Shown one piece after another: positions 9,265 to 18,619 of a stretch of DNA of 64,000 nt. The notes under the pieces were generated by a model that was not told where the DNA came from, searched no databases, and saw nothing but the letters and a program-made list of their open reading frames with translations. This stretch comes from Bacteroidota bacterium (lineage in GTDB: Bacteria; Bacteroidota; Bacteroidia; Chitinophagales; Saprospiraceae). A program made the translations under genes and the position numbers. The stretch spans positions 14,204-78,203 of the forward strand of contig JAHEAQ010000007.1 of the NCBI GenBank assembly GCA_024642705.1. The letters are read 5' to 3'. Within the stretch, counting starts at the first letter, position 1. Each line of letters begins with the position of its first letter.

Positions 9265-9277
9265 CAAAAAAAATTAT

Positions 9278-9949
9278 ATGCCCATTATTGCTCCTTCGAT
9301 ATTAGCTGCAAATTTTGGTAATCTCAATGCAGAAATTGAAATGGTAAACCATAGTGAAGCGGATTGGCTTCATGTTGACGTCATGGATGGCGTATTTGTT
9401 CCTAATATTAGTTTTGGCCAATCCATAGTAAAGAAAATGGCGTCACTTTCTACAAAAATTGTGGATGTTCACTTGATGATTGTAGACCCAGATCGATATA
9501 TCAAAGAATTTAGTGATGCTGGAGCTCATAACATCAGCGTACACTATGAAGCATGCAATCATTTGCATAGGACACTTCAAGTAATCAAAGAGTGTGGAGC
9601 AAAAGCTGGTGTGGCTATTAATCCTCATACTAATGTGGAATTGTTGTCTGATGTTTTAGAGGATATTGATCTTGTTATATTAATGAGTGTAAATCCTGGA
9701 TTTGGAGGGCAAAAATTTATAAATCATACCCTTGTTAAGATTCAAAGACTAAAACAAATGATTGTTGAACGAAATCTCCAAACATTAATTGAAATTGATG
9801 GAGGAGTTGGGCTTCAGAATGCAGAAATAATTCTCAGAGCTGGAGCTGATGTGTTGGTTGCAGGAAGTAGCGTTTTTCATTCTGATAACCCTATTGAAAC
9901 GGTGCGAAAGTTTAAGGCACTTTCTAGCAAGCCTAGTTTTCAAGCCTAA
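9278..9949 (+). CDS. rpe: Ribulose-phosphate 3-epimerase
   Basis: MPIIAPSILAANFGNL...HVDVMDGVFVPNISFG, MSVNPGFGGQKF and IEIDGGV are classic Rpe motifs. Confidence 0.9.
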   Translation: MPIIAPSILAANFGNLNAEIEMVNHSEADWLHVDVMDGVFVPNISFGQSIVKKMASLSTKIVDVHLMIVDPDRYIKEFSDAGAHNISVHYEACNHLHRTLQVIKECGAKAGVAINPHTNVELLSDVLEDIDLVILMSVNPGFGGQKFINHTLVKIQRLKQMIVERNLQTLIEIDGGVGLQNAEIILRAGADVLVAGSSVFHSDNPIETVRKFKALSSKPSFQA

Positions 9950-9979
9950 ATTTCGTTGATTCGATCTTAAAGAAATTCA

Positions 9980-12496
9980 ATGAAAAAACTTTTTGGTGTT
10001 TTAGTGATGTTGGGAATTTGTGCAAGTCTTTACGCACAGAATATAACAATATTCGGGAAAGTTACTGATTTGGATTCTGGACTTCCGATTGATTTTGTTA
10101 CCATTTATATTCAGGGAGGTACTTATTCTACTGAGTCTAATCTTGAAGGGATGTATACAATGAAGGTTCCAGCGGATGAAAATTTATACCTTATTTTTTC
10201 TAGAATTGGTTATGCTGAAACGAAAGCATTTGTCGAAAAAACAAAATCGGGCTTAACTCGAAATATTAATGTTCAGATGGCACCAAAAACCTCAGAATTG
10301 GATGTGATCATTACCGAATCTAGAATTGAGGATTTGGGCATTATTAGAGAAGAGGTGGAAGCTTTAAAATACCTTCCTACAGTTTCAGGAAATTTTGAAA
10401 GTGTATTGCCAAGTATAGCTTTGGGTGTAACTTCAGGAACTGGAGGAGAATTGAGTGCTCAATACAATGTTAGAGGAGGGAATTATGATGAAAATTTGGT
10501 TTATGTAAATGACTTTGAAATTTACAGACCTCAACTAATTAGATCGAGTCAACAAGAAGGATTATCATTTCCAAATATTGATCTAATTCGGGATCTTTCG
10601 TTTTCCAGCGGCGGGTTCGAAGCAAAATATGGAGATAAATTGTCTTCCGTATTAGACATTAGTTATAAAAGACCTGAAGCATTTAAAGCTTCTGCGAGTG
10701 CTTCGTTTCTAGGATTTACAGGTCATTTAGAAGGTTCACGTCAAATAGGAAAAAAAGAGTATAACAAGTTGAGGTATCTTATTGGTGGAAGGTATAAGAC
10801 CACTCGTTACTTGCTGGGTTCATTAGATATTGATGGAGAATATCTTCCTAATTTTACTGATATTCAGACATTTGTAAGTTATGATATCAACAAAAGTTGG
10901 CAAGTCGGACTTTTAGCTAATTATAATAAAAGTGTGTATAATTTTACTCCGGTTTCTTCATCTACAGGAGTTGGATTTGTGGATTTTGCATTGCAATTGA
11001 CTACAGTGTATGAAGGCCAAGAAAAAGATGGTTTTACAAATGGAATGACAGGAATATCGTTGACCTATCTTCCAGATCGAAAGAGGAATCCAATATATAT
11101 GAAGTTTCTAGCATCAACCTATACTTCGAATGAATTAGAGACCTTTGATATTTTAGGATATTATAGGTTAAGTCAAATTGAGACTAACTTTGGAAAAGAT
11201 AATGCAGGCCAAGAAATTGCACTTTTGGGAATTGGAACGCAACATTCATTTACTAGGAATTTATTGTTTGCGAATGTCAACAACTTTCAATATAAAGGAG
11301 GAATTGAATTGCAGTCTGAGAATGGAAGCGGTAACAATCATTTTGTAGAATGGAGCATAAAATATCAATCAGAATATATTTATGACAAAATTAACGAATG
11401 GGAGAGGCTTGATTCTGCAGGATATTCCATCCCATACAATGGTGAGTCTATCCCTCTGAATTTTTCATATCAAACCAATAATACATTACTTTCTAATAGA
11501 TTAACCTCTTATGTTCAAGATGCGTATTCGGTGTACACATCCAATGCTGAATTCCGGTTTATCGGTGGATTGAGATTTTCATACTGGGATTTGAATAAAG
11601 AATTTTTTGTAAGTCCAAGAGGTCAAATTCTTTATAAACCGTTGAATAATAGAAATGATTTAACATTCAAACTTTCTGGAGGAATTTACAATCAAGCGCC
11701 TTTTTATAGAGAAATGAGAAGAGAAGATGGAAGCTTAAATACTGATTTGAGAGCTCAAAAATCCTCCCACTTAGTTGCTGGGATTGGGTATGATTTTTAT
11801 TGGAGAGCAGTGAGCCCCAAAAAATTTCGGTTGATTACGGAAGCTTATTATAAGAATATGTGGGACATCGTTTCTTATGAAATAGACAATGTAAGAATTC
11901 GATATTCTGGAGTTAATGATTCACGGGCTTATGCGACAGGAATAGACATCAGAGTAAATGGGGAATTTGTAGAAGGAGCAGAAAGTTGGGTGAATTTATC
12001 TTTTTTGAATACCAAAGAGCAAATTTTAGGGATTCAGCATTTAAAAAGAAGTATTGGAGATTCCATTGCGACGCCAGTTGATTTTGTTTCACGTCCTACC
12101 AATCAGCTGATGAGTTTGAATATGTTTTTTCAAGATTATCTGCCTTCTAATAAAAATTTCAAGATGAATTTAAATCTTGGGTTTGGAACTGGATTACCTT
12201 TTGGACTGAAAGGAAATAACATTATTTATAGGAACACTTATCGATATCCAATTTATCAGAGAGTTGATATTGGTTTTGCATATATGATTTGGGATAAATC
12301 CCGAATTGACAAAAGACCCCATCATCCATTGAGGGTTTTTCAGAAATCATGGATTAGTCTAGATGTATTAAATATGCTACAAATCCGGAATGTAGCTTCC
12401 AATACGTGGATAAAGGCGGTCAATAATCGCCAATTTGCAATTCCTAACACACTAACTTCCAGAAGAATTAATCTGAGATTCAAAATTGAGATATAA
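9980..12496 (+). CDS. Outer-membrane beta-barrel protein with N-terminal carboxypeptidase-regulatory-like domain (TonB-dependent-receptor-like)
   Basis: Signal peptide, then ITIFGKVTD...GMYTMKV (CarboxypepD_reg fold), then a long segment rich in Gly/Tyr beta-strand alternation, 838 aa. No SusD partner follows, so it is not a SusC-type receptor. Confidence 0.6.
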   Translation: MKKLFGVLVMLGICASLYAQNITIFGKVTDLDSGLPIDFVTIYIQGGTYSTESNLEGMYTMKVPADENLYLIFSRIGYAETKAFVEKTKSGLTRNINVQMAPKTSELDVIITESRIEDLGIIREEVEALKYLPTVSGNFESVLPSIALGVTSGTGGELSAQYNVRGGNYDENLVYVNDFEIYRPQLIRSSQQEGLSFPNIDLIRDLSFSSGGFEAKYGDKLSSVLDISYKRPEAFKASASASFLGFTGHLEGSRQIGKKEYNKLRYLIGGRYKTTRYLLGSLDIDGEYLPNFTDIQTFVSYDINKSWQVGLLANYNKSVYNFTPVSSSTGVGFVDFALQLTTVYEGQEKDGFTNGMTGISLTYLPDRKRNPIYMKFLASTYTSNELETFDILGYYRLSQIETNFGKDNAGQEIALLGIGTQHSFTRNLLFANVNNFQYKGGIELQSENGSGNNHFVEWSIKYQSEYIYDKINEWERLDSAGYSIPYNGESIPLNFSYQTNNTLLSNRLTSYVQDAYSVYTSNAEFRFIGGLRFSYWDLNKEFFVSPRGQILYKPLNNRNDLTFKLSGGIYNQAPFYREMRREDGSLNTDLRAQKSSHLVAGIGYDFYWRAVSPKKFRLITEAYYKNMWDIVSYEIDNVRIRYSGVNDSRAYATGIDIRVNGEFVEGAESWVNLSFLNTKEQILGIQHLKRSIGDSIATPVDFVSRPTNQLMSLNMFFQDYLPSNKNFKMNLNLGFGTGLPFGLKGNNIIYRNTYRYPIYQRVDIGFAYMIWDKSRIDKRPHHPLRVFQKSWISLDVLNMLQIRNVASNTWIKAVNNRQFAIPNTLTSRRINLRFKIEI

Positions 12497-12509
12497 ATCT
12501 GAGGATTTT

Positions 12510-12759
12510 GGTTTAACCCGCATTATTCATTAGACATTCTATTCCTACTAGAAATGACTGCAAAATATTCCGCCGCACTAAGTTTTGGTCATGCACCATA
12601 GTGGTAACTATGATTTAATCAGGCCATCCCTTCCGACAGGTTTTCTGTCGGTTCTCTCCCTATTTTAATTTCATTAAAATTGCTTTGCATCGTTTGTTCA
12701 TTTTTTGTTGTTATTTCAAGTCTCATTGCGAAGCCCCAATGCAATATGCGGGTTTAAGG
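12510..12759 (-). repeat. Copy A of a roughly 250-bp MITE-like or structured element with about 21-bp terminal inverted repeats (TTTAAACCCGCAT..TTGCATT), orientation opposite to copy B
   Basis: The reverse complement of 12510-12759 aligns at about 90% identity over the full length with 36980-37227. The termini ggtttaacccgcattattcatt and caatgcaatatgcgggtttaagg are inverted repeats of each other. Internal hairpins ccgacag-aaaacc-ctgtcgg and catagt-tacc-actatg are present. Confidence 0.8.
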
Positions 12760-12763
12760 ATAT

Positions 12764-12801
12764 TACAAAAAAAATAGACTTAAAATAATAAATTTTAAGT
12801 C
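12764..12801 (-). terminator. Rho-independent terminator of the giant T9SS adhesin gene
   Basis: Perfect 10-bp stem gacttaaaat / attttaagtc (12777-12801, loop aataa), followed on the minus strand by a T8 run (plus-strand A-run 12766-12774). Confidence 0.6.
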
Positions 12802-12842
12802 CATTCTTTAATATATATCTTAAAATATAAATTTTAAAAAAG

Positions 12843-15800
12843 CTATCTTAACAATGTTACATCCCCTTTGAAATTTAATTTGTCGCCATTAGCTATTTCT
12901 ACTTGAACTCCATAAATGTAAACACCTGCGGGAGCTAAGACATTGTTAATTCTGCCATCCCAACCTTCATCCAATGCGCATTGTTTGTCTTCACAACTAA
13001 ATACTTTTTCGCCCCATCTATTGAAAATATCAAACCTTGTTAATTCCCAATTGTCTAAATCTGCTTTTTTTAATGGTACTAACCTGAAAAAATCATTCAA
13101 CTCATCACCATTTGGTGTAAAAGCATTTGGCAATCCAAAGGTTGGAAATGCCCCAATTGCTTTATTTGTTGCCGACCAAATACATCCATTCTCATCCGTA
13201 ATGGTAACTCTATATATAGTAAAGACAGTATCGTTCTGTGTAGTTATAAAGGAAGATTCTTTCAATCCTTGTGAAACATCATTTATAAACCATTCATAAG
13301 TGGTATTTGGTCCAAAAGAAGGTTCTGGAACAACTATTAGTGTGATTTCGCCACCAGCAGGTACGGTATCATTAGGCTCTATGGCAAGCATCGCTGTTCT
13401 TATGTTATTATCAATTACAAGCGTATTTGACGTTCCATATTCACACCCATCAATCTTTGCTGTAACTTCAAGATTAGTAGAAACATCAGTGACTGCAATA
13501 GGTGATAGGCAATCCCCACAACTTAGAATATTTTTTGGTTTCCAATCAATATCCGTAATTGTCCCATTCGATTGTAAGGTTAATTGAACAGGAGATCCGG
13601 GGCAAACAAAAGGTTCGCTGAATCCAATTGCTAAGAATAATTCAGCAACTTTTATTTCTGCAGAAGCTGTGACTGGGCATCCATCTGCCATCATCGAAAC
13701 ACTGACGGTAGTAGTTGCACCTACAGTTGCAATAGGATTTGGACAATCGTCACAAGAAAGCTCGGGAGATCCTGGCTCCCATTTGATATCTTCTAACTTA
13801 CTTTCTGAAGTAAGCAATAATTGTACAGGTGTAAATGGGCACAAGACCGAAGTGTCAGAAACCATTATTTCTGCTAATGGGTTTTTTACAATAATTTCTC
13901 TTTCTATGGTATCCACGCAAGCACCATTTGTCGTAATTCTTCTAAATATTGCGGTATCTGCTGCAACAATAGCCAAATTCCAATTATCAAGATCTGATAT
14001 AATCCCAGGTGCAGGATCCCATTGGAATTCAATATTTGGGAAATGCTCATCATCATAACCTGGAGATACTATAGTAATTACTTCTCCAATGCAGTAATCA
14101 GGCTTATCTTGGATTATTTCAAACTTCATTGATGGTAGAGAATCCACTTGCATCCAAACTGAATCATGAGCTATGCATCCGTCATAATCCATTGTTACAT
14201 ATGCATATTGTGAAAATGTTGGATAATAAGTAACAATTGAGCTGTCCGGAACATTAACGATTTCTTGCGGTGCCCAAGATAAATTTAGACCCTCAGAAGT
14301 GCTATTGGTAGCAAAACTAATAGAATCTCCTAAACACATAAATACGGTATCTTGACCTATTATTTCTACTTTATTTGCTTGGACTACAAGATTGATTTCA
14401 ATTGAATCACTACAAATTTCTGTTGCGCTTGTTGCTACCAATTGGTAGGTAATATCTTCTGTGGCTGTTGCGATTGGATTTGCAATATTAGCATCGCTCA
14501 AATAATCTGATGGAGTCCATTCATAGGTAGTTAAAGGATCTCCAGGACCAGCTAATAATAATGGGTAACCTTCACAAATCGTGGTATCGGTAACCAGAAT
14601 TTCTGGGAAAAGATATGGATCAACCCTTAAAAATAAAGTGTCAGATGCAGCGCATCCATTGAGGGTAATATTAGCAACATATGGTATTAAATCCAAAGAA
14701 CTTATTGTCGGTTTAATCACAGTAAGATTGCTATTTGGGTTTTGCACGCCAATGTTTAGATTTTCCCAATTAATATTTGTATTTCCAACATTGTTTATTA
14801 TTTCAACGTTTATGCTATCGCCAAAGCAAAACATTAATTCATCGCTAGATGAAATAACAATTTCAGGATCTACAGGGATGATAGTTATGGTATCCACATC
14901 CATGCATTCAGCATTTGTAAATGGATCAATAGAACCAGTAACAATATAAGTTTGCTGAATTTGAGGATCTAATATTATTGGGTTATTAATATTCGAATCA
15001 CTTAAATTTGTAGCAGGAGTCCAGCTATAACTTGTGGCTCCTTCAGCAAAAAGTTCGAATGGAGTTCCTTTGCAAATATAAACCACATCCTCTCCACCTT
15101 GAGCAACAACTTCAATATCTTCTCTAATCTCAATAGTTATTGATGTGATGTCAACGACTTCGCATCCAAAATCATTTTGAAATAAAATTTCTATCGTTTC
15201 TGTGCCTTCTGAAATATTATCGGAAAGTACAGTAATCGGAAAAGTGAGTAAGGTTTGTCCTGGTTCAAAGGTTATCGTATCTGGAAGGTCTAATATATAA
15301 TCTACACCGTTAATTGCTGTTCCCCCTAATTGAGGCACAAATTGTAAAGGTTTTTCTTGTGGATTATCAATATTGATTACTATCAATTCCTGACCATCCG
15401 TGCATTTTTCCAAAAGGTAATCAAACCCAAAGGAAGTTGCCAATGAAATCTCAGGTACATTATTTCTTAATTCTGAAATAAAAACACCAGAGTCAAAAAT
15501 AAAATCATTTCTATCCGCAATTGCGAATTTTAATTTATAAGTGTTACAAGGGATAACTTGTGCCGAGGCAGTCAGACTTTTTTTAGAACCTAAATAATCA
15601 ACCACATAGCCATCGTACTCGCTGCTTAATCCACTTTGGTTGTTTCTAAAATATTCCCAGTTTGATTTGCTATTTACGCTATTGATTTCTATTGGAATGT
15701 TGGATTTAGGAATTAATGCAAGATTCTTTTTTCCATTTAATTCGGGAATTCCATCTGTAATTCCTGGACCTTCAATGAACAAAGCAAAAATATCATTGAA

Positions 15801-17090
15801 ATCATCAGATTCATATTCAGGATATTCTTCAGAACCAAATAAAAATTGAAAATTTAATTCATTTGCTTTGACAAAAGCTTCCACTTCAATAACGCATGCA
15901 TCATTTGACAAAAGATCTGATCCATAAAGTTGAGATAAAATATCTAAATCACTATCTCCGTCAGAAATGTGGGCAAATCCAGCTCCAACAGAAGTATTAG
16001 GCCCTAAAGCTAATTCTGCTTTTCCGGTTGTGATTAAAATACCTTTGTCAAGTCCTAAATCCGAATTATTCCCTTTACTAAATACTCCTACAGCTCCTTT
16101 ATCGCATGAAATTCCTGTAACTTTAATATCGACCAATGAGGATGAAAGATTATTAACAATACTTTTTTCATTAATAATTGAGTCTATTTGAATAGTTTCT
16201 GGCAATTCACATTTAACATTACTACAATTCCATGATGCCTTGAAGCCATCTAAATTTACGTTGTTATCTGTAATCATTCGAACAGTCAAACATTTTTCAC
16301 CATATATCGTATAACACACGCTTCCGTTACCGTTAATTCCGTTTCCTGCAATTTGATTAATGACGGGTGCATTAACATTTTCGCCATTATAGAAGATTAT
16401 TTTATCTCCAGTATTACCAATGCCCTGTTCAATGTTATAATATTCTATATTAAATTCAATGCATTGATTGTTTGACCCAGGGCATATTGTAAATGTATTA
16501 TCTTCATTTGATCCGTAATCACCATTGGGACCTCCAGTGTCATAAAGCACACCAGTACATTCCGTTGACCCATCGTTGCTTAATGTATATTCAATATCTT
16601 GTTCACTAATGCATACATTGAATTCTCCTTCAAAATTACTTCCTGAATAATTATCAATTCTAATATAATAAAGGTCATTAGGGGTCAGATTTGATACATC
16701 AAAGCTCAATGAAGTGGCTCCAAATTCGCCTTTTGCGCAAGTATTTAAAGCAAAAATATTATCTGGACAATATCCTCTATAAAGTCCTGCTTGAATATTA
16801 GTTAATGGATTTCCATTGCTGTTGTCACCTTCAATAGTTATGGTATAGTTAATTATTTTGGAATCTGCGATAAAACTGAACCAAACATCGCTAGAAGGTG
16901 AATCTTCGAAACACTCAGGAATATTATTGGTTCCTATATCAGACGCAGTTGCACCTATATTGGAAAACTTAATGTCCTGACAAAGAGGAGCAGTTCCAAG
17001 ATTTACTGTTCCTGCACAATCATCGTTAAAAACTTGAGATTGAGCAAGGTAAGAAAAACTTATTAATAGGATTGTTATTAGGTTCTTCAT
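12843..17090 (-). CDS. Giant secreted cell-surface protein with T9SS type-B C-terminal sorting domain (gliding-motility-associated CTD) and repeated Ig/PKD-like modules
   Basis: Signal peptide MKNLITILLISFSYLAQSQ. C-terminus GLPNAFTPNGDELNDFF...WDGRINNVLAPAGVYIYGVQV matches the type-B CTD consensus (PNAFTPNGDG.ND). Internal repeats of the YxWTPxxxLSDxNIxNP type. 1415 aa. Confidence 0.8.
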   Translation of the reverse strand: MKNLITILLISFSYLAQSQVFNDDCAGTVNLGTAPLCQDIKFSNIGATASDIGTNNIPECFEDSPSSDVWFSFIADSKIINYTITIEGDNSNGNPLTNIQAGLYRGYCPDNIFALNTCAKGEFGATSLSFDVSNLTPNDLYYIRIDNYSGSNFEGEFNVCISEQDIEYTLSNDGSTECTGVLYDTGGPNGDYGSNEDNTFTICPGSNNQCIEFNIEYYNIEQGIGNTGDKIIFYNGENVNAPVINQIAGNGINGNGSVCYTIYGEKCLTVRMITDNNVNLDGFKASWNCSNVKCELPETIQIDSIINEKSIVNNLSSSLVDIKVTGISCDKGAVGVFSKGNNSDLGLDKGILITTGKAELALGPNTSVGAGFAHISDGDSDLDILSQLYGSDLLSNDACVIEVEAFVKANELNFQFLFGSEEYPEYESDDFNDIFALFIEGPGITDGIPELNGKKNLALIPKSNIPIEINSVNSKSNWEYFRNNQSGLSSEYDGYVVDYLGSKKSLTASAQVIPCNTYKLKFAIADRNDFIFDSGVFISELRNNVPEISLATSFGFDYLLEKCTDGQELIVINIDNPQEKPLQFVPQLGGTAINGVDYILDLPDTITFEPGQTLLTFPITVLSDNISEGTETIEILFQNDFGCEVVDITSITIEIREDIEVVAQGGEDVVYICKGTPFELFAEGATSYSWTPATNLSDSNINNPIILDPQIQQTYIVTGSIDPFTNAECMDVDTITIIPVDPEIVISSSDELMFCFGDSINVEIINNVGNTNINWENLNIGVQNPNSNLTVIKPTISSLDLIPYVANITLNGCAASDTLFLRVDPYLFPEILVTDTTICEGYPLLLAGPGDPLTTYEWTPSDYLSDANIANPIATATEDITYQLVATSATEICSDSIEINLVVQANKVEIIGQDTVFMCLGDSISFATNSTSEGLNLSWAPQEIVNVPDSSIVTYYPTFSQYAYVTMDYDGCIAHDSVWMQVDSLPSMKFEIIQDKPDYCIGEVITIVSPGYDDEHFPNIEFQWDPAPGIISDLDNWNLAIVAADTAIFRRITTNGACVDTIEREIIVKNPLAEIMVSDTSVLCPFTPVQLLLTSESKLEDIKWEPGSPELSCDDCPNPIATVGATTTVSVSMMADGCPVTASAEIKVAELFLAIGFSEPFVCPGSPVQLTLQSNGTITDIDWKPKNILSCGDCLSPIAVTDVSTNLEVTAKIDGCEYGTSNTLVIDNNIRTAMLAIEPNDTVPAGGEITLIVVPEPSFGPNTTYEWFINDVSQGLKESSFITTQNDTVFTIYRVTITDENGCIWSATNKAIGAFPTFGLPNAFTPNGDELNDFFRLVPLKKADLDNWELTRFDIFNRWGEKVFSCEDKQCALDEGWDGRINNVLAPAGVYIYGVQVEIANGDKLNFKGDVTLLR

Positions 17091-17193
17091 ATATTTTGAA
17101 GCAATAATTTATTTATTTAATGTAATTATACAATGCATAACGTTTATGCCACTGCTTCCAAGTGACAAAATACAGAATTAATTTCAATTCTAA

Positions 17194-17586
17194 TTATTCT
17201 GGACATTTCTCTAAACTCTCCTTAACTTTTACAATTGTAGTTTCAGGCAATTTATTTTCCCAGGCGGTGTTTATATAATTGATCAAATTCGTTATATCAA
17301 CATCTGTAAGATTTGAGAATCCCGCCATTGGCATCATGAAATTTTTTCCATTTACTTGAATTTCATCTTCTAATCCATGCAAAATAATACACGGCACCTT
17401 TTCATAATTTGCGGCATAAAAATCACTTTTATTCAATGGAGGGTATAAGTTTTTCAAACCGTTCCCATCTTTTCCATGACAATTGAGGCAATAGGTAGTA
17501 TATATTCTTTCGCCTTGAGCATAAATATTGCCTTGGCAATAAATAAAAATAAAAGCAATAAAAATTAATACAATTTTACTTTTCAT
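17194..17586 (-). CDS. Class I c-type cytochrome (mono-heme)
   Basis: Signal peptide, single CxxCH (CLNCHGKDGNG), and a distal Met ligand region MMPMAGF. Confidence 0.75.
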   Translation of the reverse strand: MKSKIVLIFIAFIFIYCQGNIYAQGERIYTTYCLNCHGKDGNGLKNLYPPLNKSDFYAANYEKVPCIILHGLEDEIQVNGKNFMMPMAGFSNLTDVDITNLINYINTAWENKLPETTIVKVKESLEKCPE

Positions 17587-18181
17587 CTTCTGCTAATAGT
17601 TTTTTTATATCCTTAATAAATTCTGTTACTTCATCTTCATCTGTTCCAATACAAAATGATCGGATATGTCTATTTTTATCCACCAATAGTAAATATCCAG
17701 AATGATTAAAACCTCCGGGTGCTTCATCATCTTCTATTACGATACTGAAATAATCTGCAGCTATTTCGTGTAATTTATCCTTTTCGCCAGTTAAGAATTG
17801 CCATTTAGGAGCACTAACTTCAAGTTTTTCGGCATAGGACTTAAGCTTAGCAGGTATGTCTCTTTTAGGATCCATCGTATATGAAACTAAATTAACATTC
17901 TGATTTTGAAAAGTTTCGTAAATTCTTAGCATTTGTTTGGTTACAACAGGACAAATAGAAGGACAAGAGGTGAAAAAGAAATCTGCTACGTAAATGTTTC
18001 CTGCAAAATTTTCATTGGTTATTATAACGCTATCTTGATTGAAGAAAGAAAAATCACGAATAGCATGAGGCACTTCTAATCCATTAACTACTTCAGTTTC
18101 TCCCAAAATCGGAAGTGGCGCATTGTCTTCACAGGAGCTTAACAGAATCAAAATAAAAAGAAATAAAATATATCTATTCAT
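17576..18181 (-). CDS. SCO1/SenC family copper chaperone / thiol-disulfide oxidoreductase
   Basis: FFFTSCPSICPVV (CxxxC in a thioredoxin-like fold) and lipoprotein-like signal LLSSCEDN. Overlaps the downstream cytochrome c by 11 bp. Confidence 0.8.
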   Translation of the reverse strand: MNRYILFLFILILLSSCEDNAPLPILGETEVVNGLEVPHAIRDFSFFNQDSVIITNENFAGNIYVADFFFTSCPSICPVVTKQMLRIYETFQNQNVNLVSYTMDPKRDIPAKLKSYAEKLEVSAPKWQFLTGEKDKLHEIAADYFSIVIEDDEAPGGFNHSGYLLLVDKNRHIRSFCIGTDEDEVTEFIKDIKKLLAEDEK

Positions 18182-18569
18182 TTAAATATTTTTTGGATTC
18201 ATTAATGCTTATGAAAATTTTCTCTGCGACAAGGGTAATCTTATTTTTTTGGTCTTTATAAAATGCTGATAGCTCTGATTGGTCGGGTTCTTTGTAATTT
18301 GCCATCCAAAGCATCATTTCTTCTTCAGCTTCATTCAAATTAACAATCAGTTCAGAAATTTTTAAACTATCAGGGTTTTGTACCCTCATAGTATCAAGAC
18401 TTGTTCTGTATTTTATAATGTTTCCAATTTCAGCCATAGATTTATCATGTATCTCCATTACTTCTTTTCTTGCCATTTCCAACTCTGATACCTTCTCTTT
18501 ACAAGCTGTAAAGCCAATCAGAAGGAGCATAAAAAAAATAGTTTTAACAACAAATATTTTCATTTCCAT
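18174..18569 (-). CDS. Hypothetical small lipoprotein (first gene of the lipoprotein–SCO1–cytochrome c operon)
   Basis: Lipobox LLIGFTAC, charged helical body. 8-bp overlap with the SCO1 start. Confidence 0.45.
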   Translation of the reverse strand: MEMKIFVVKTIFFMLLLIGFTACKEKVSELEMARKEVMEIHDKSMAEIGNIIKYRTSLDTMRVQNPDSLKISELIVNLNEAEEEMMLWMANYKEPDQSELSAFYKDQKNKITLVAEKIFISINESKKYLNE

Positions 18570-18619
18570 TCGATTTCAAACTGCTAAAATATAAACTATA
18601 TTTATTATTAAGCTGTTAT

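Noticed and set aside
9980-12496. SusC/RagA-type TonB-dependent transporter call for the 838-aa protein with an N-terminal carboxypeptidase-regulatory-like domain
   Set aside because: No SusD-like lipoprotein gene follows it, the size is below typical SusC (about 1000+ aa), and I could not see a clear TonB box. I keep it as a generic outer-membrane beta-barrel / TonB-dependent-receptor-like protein.
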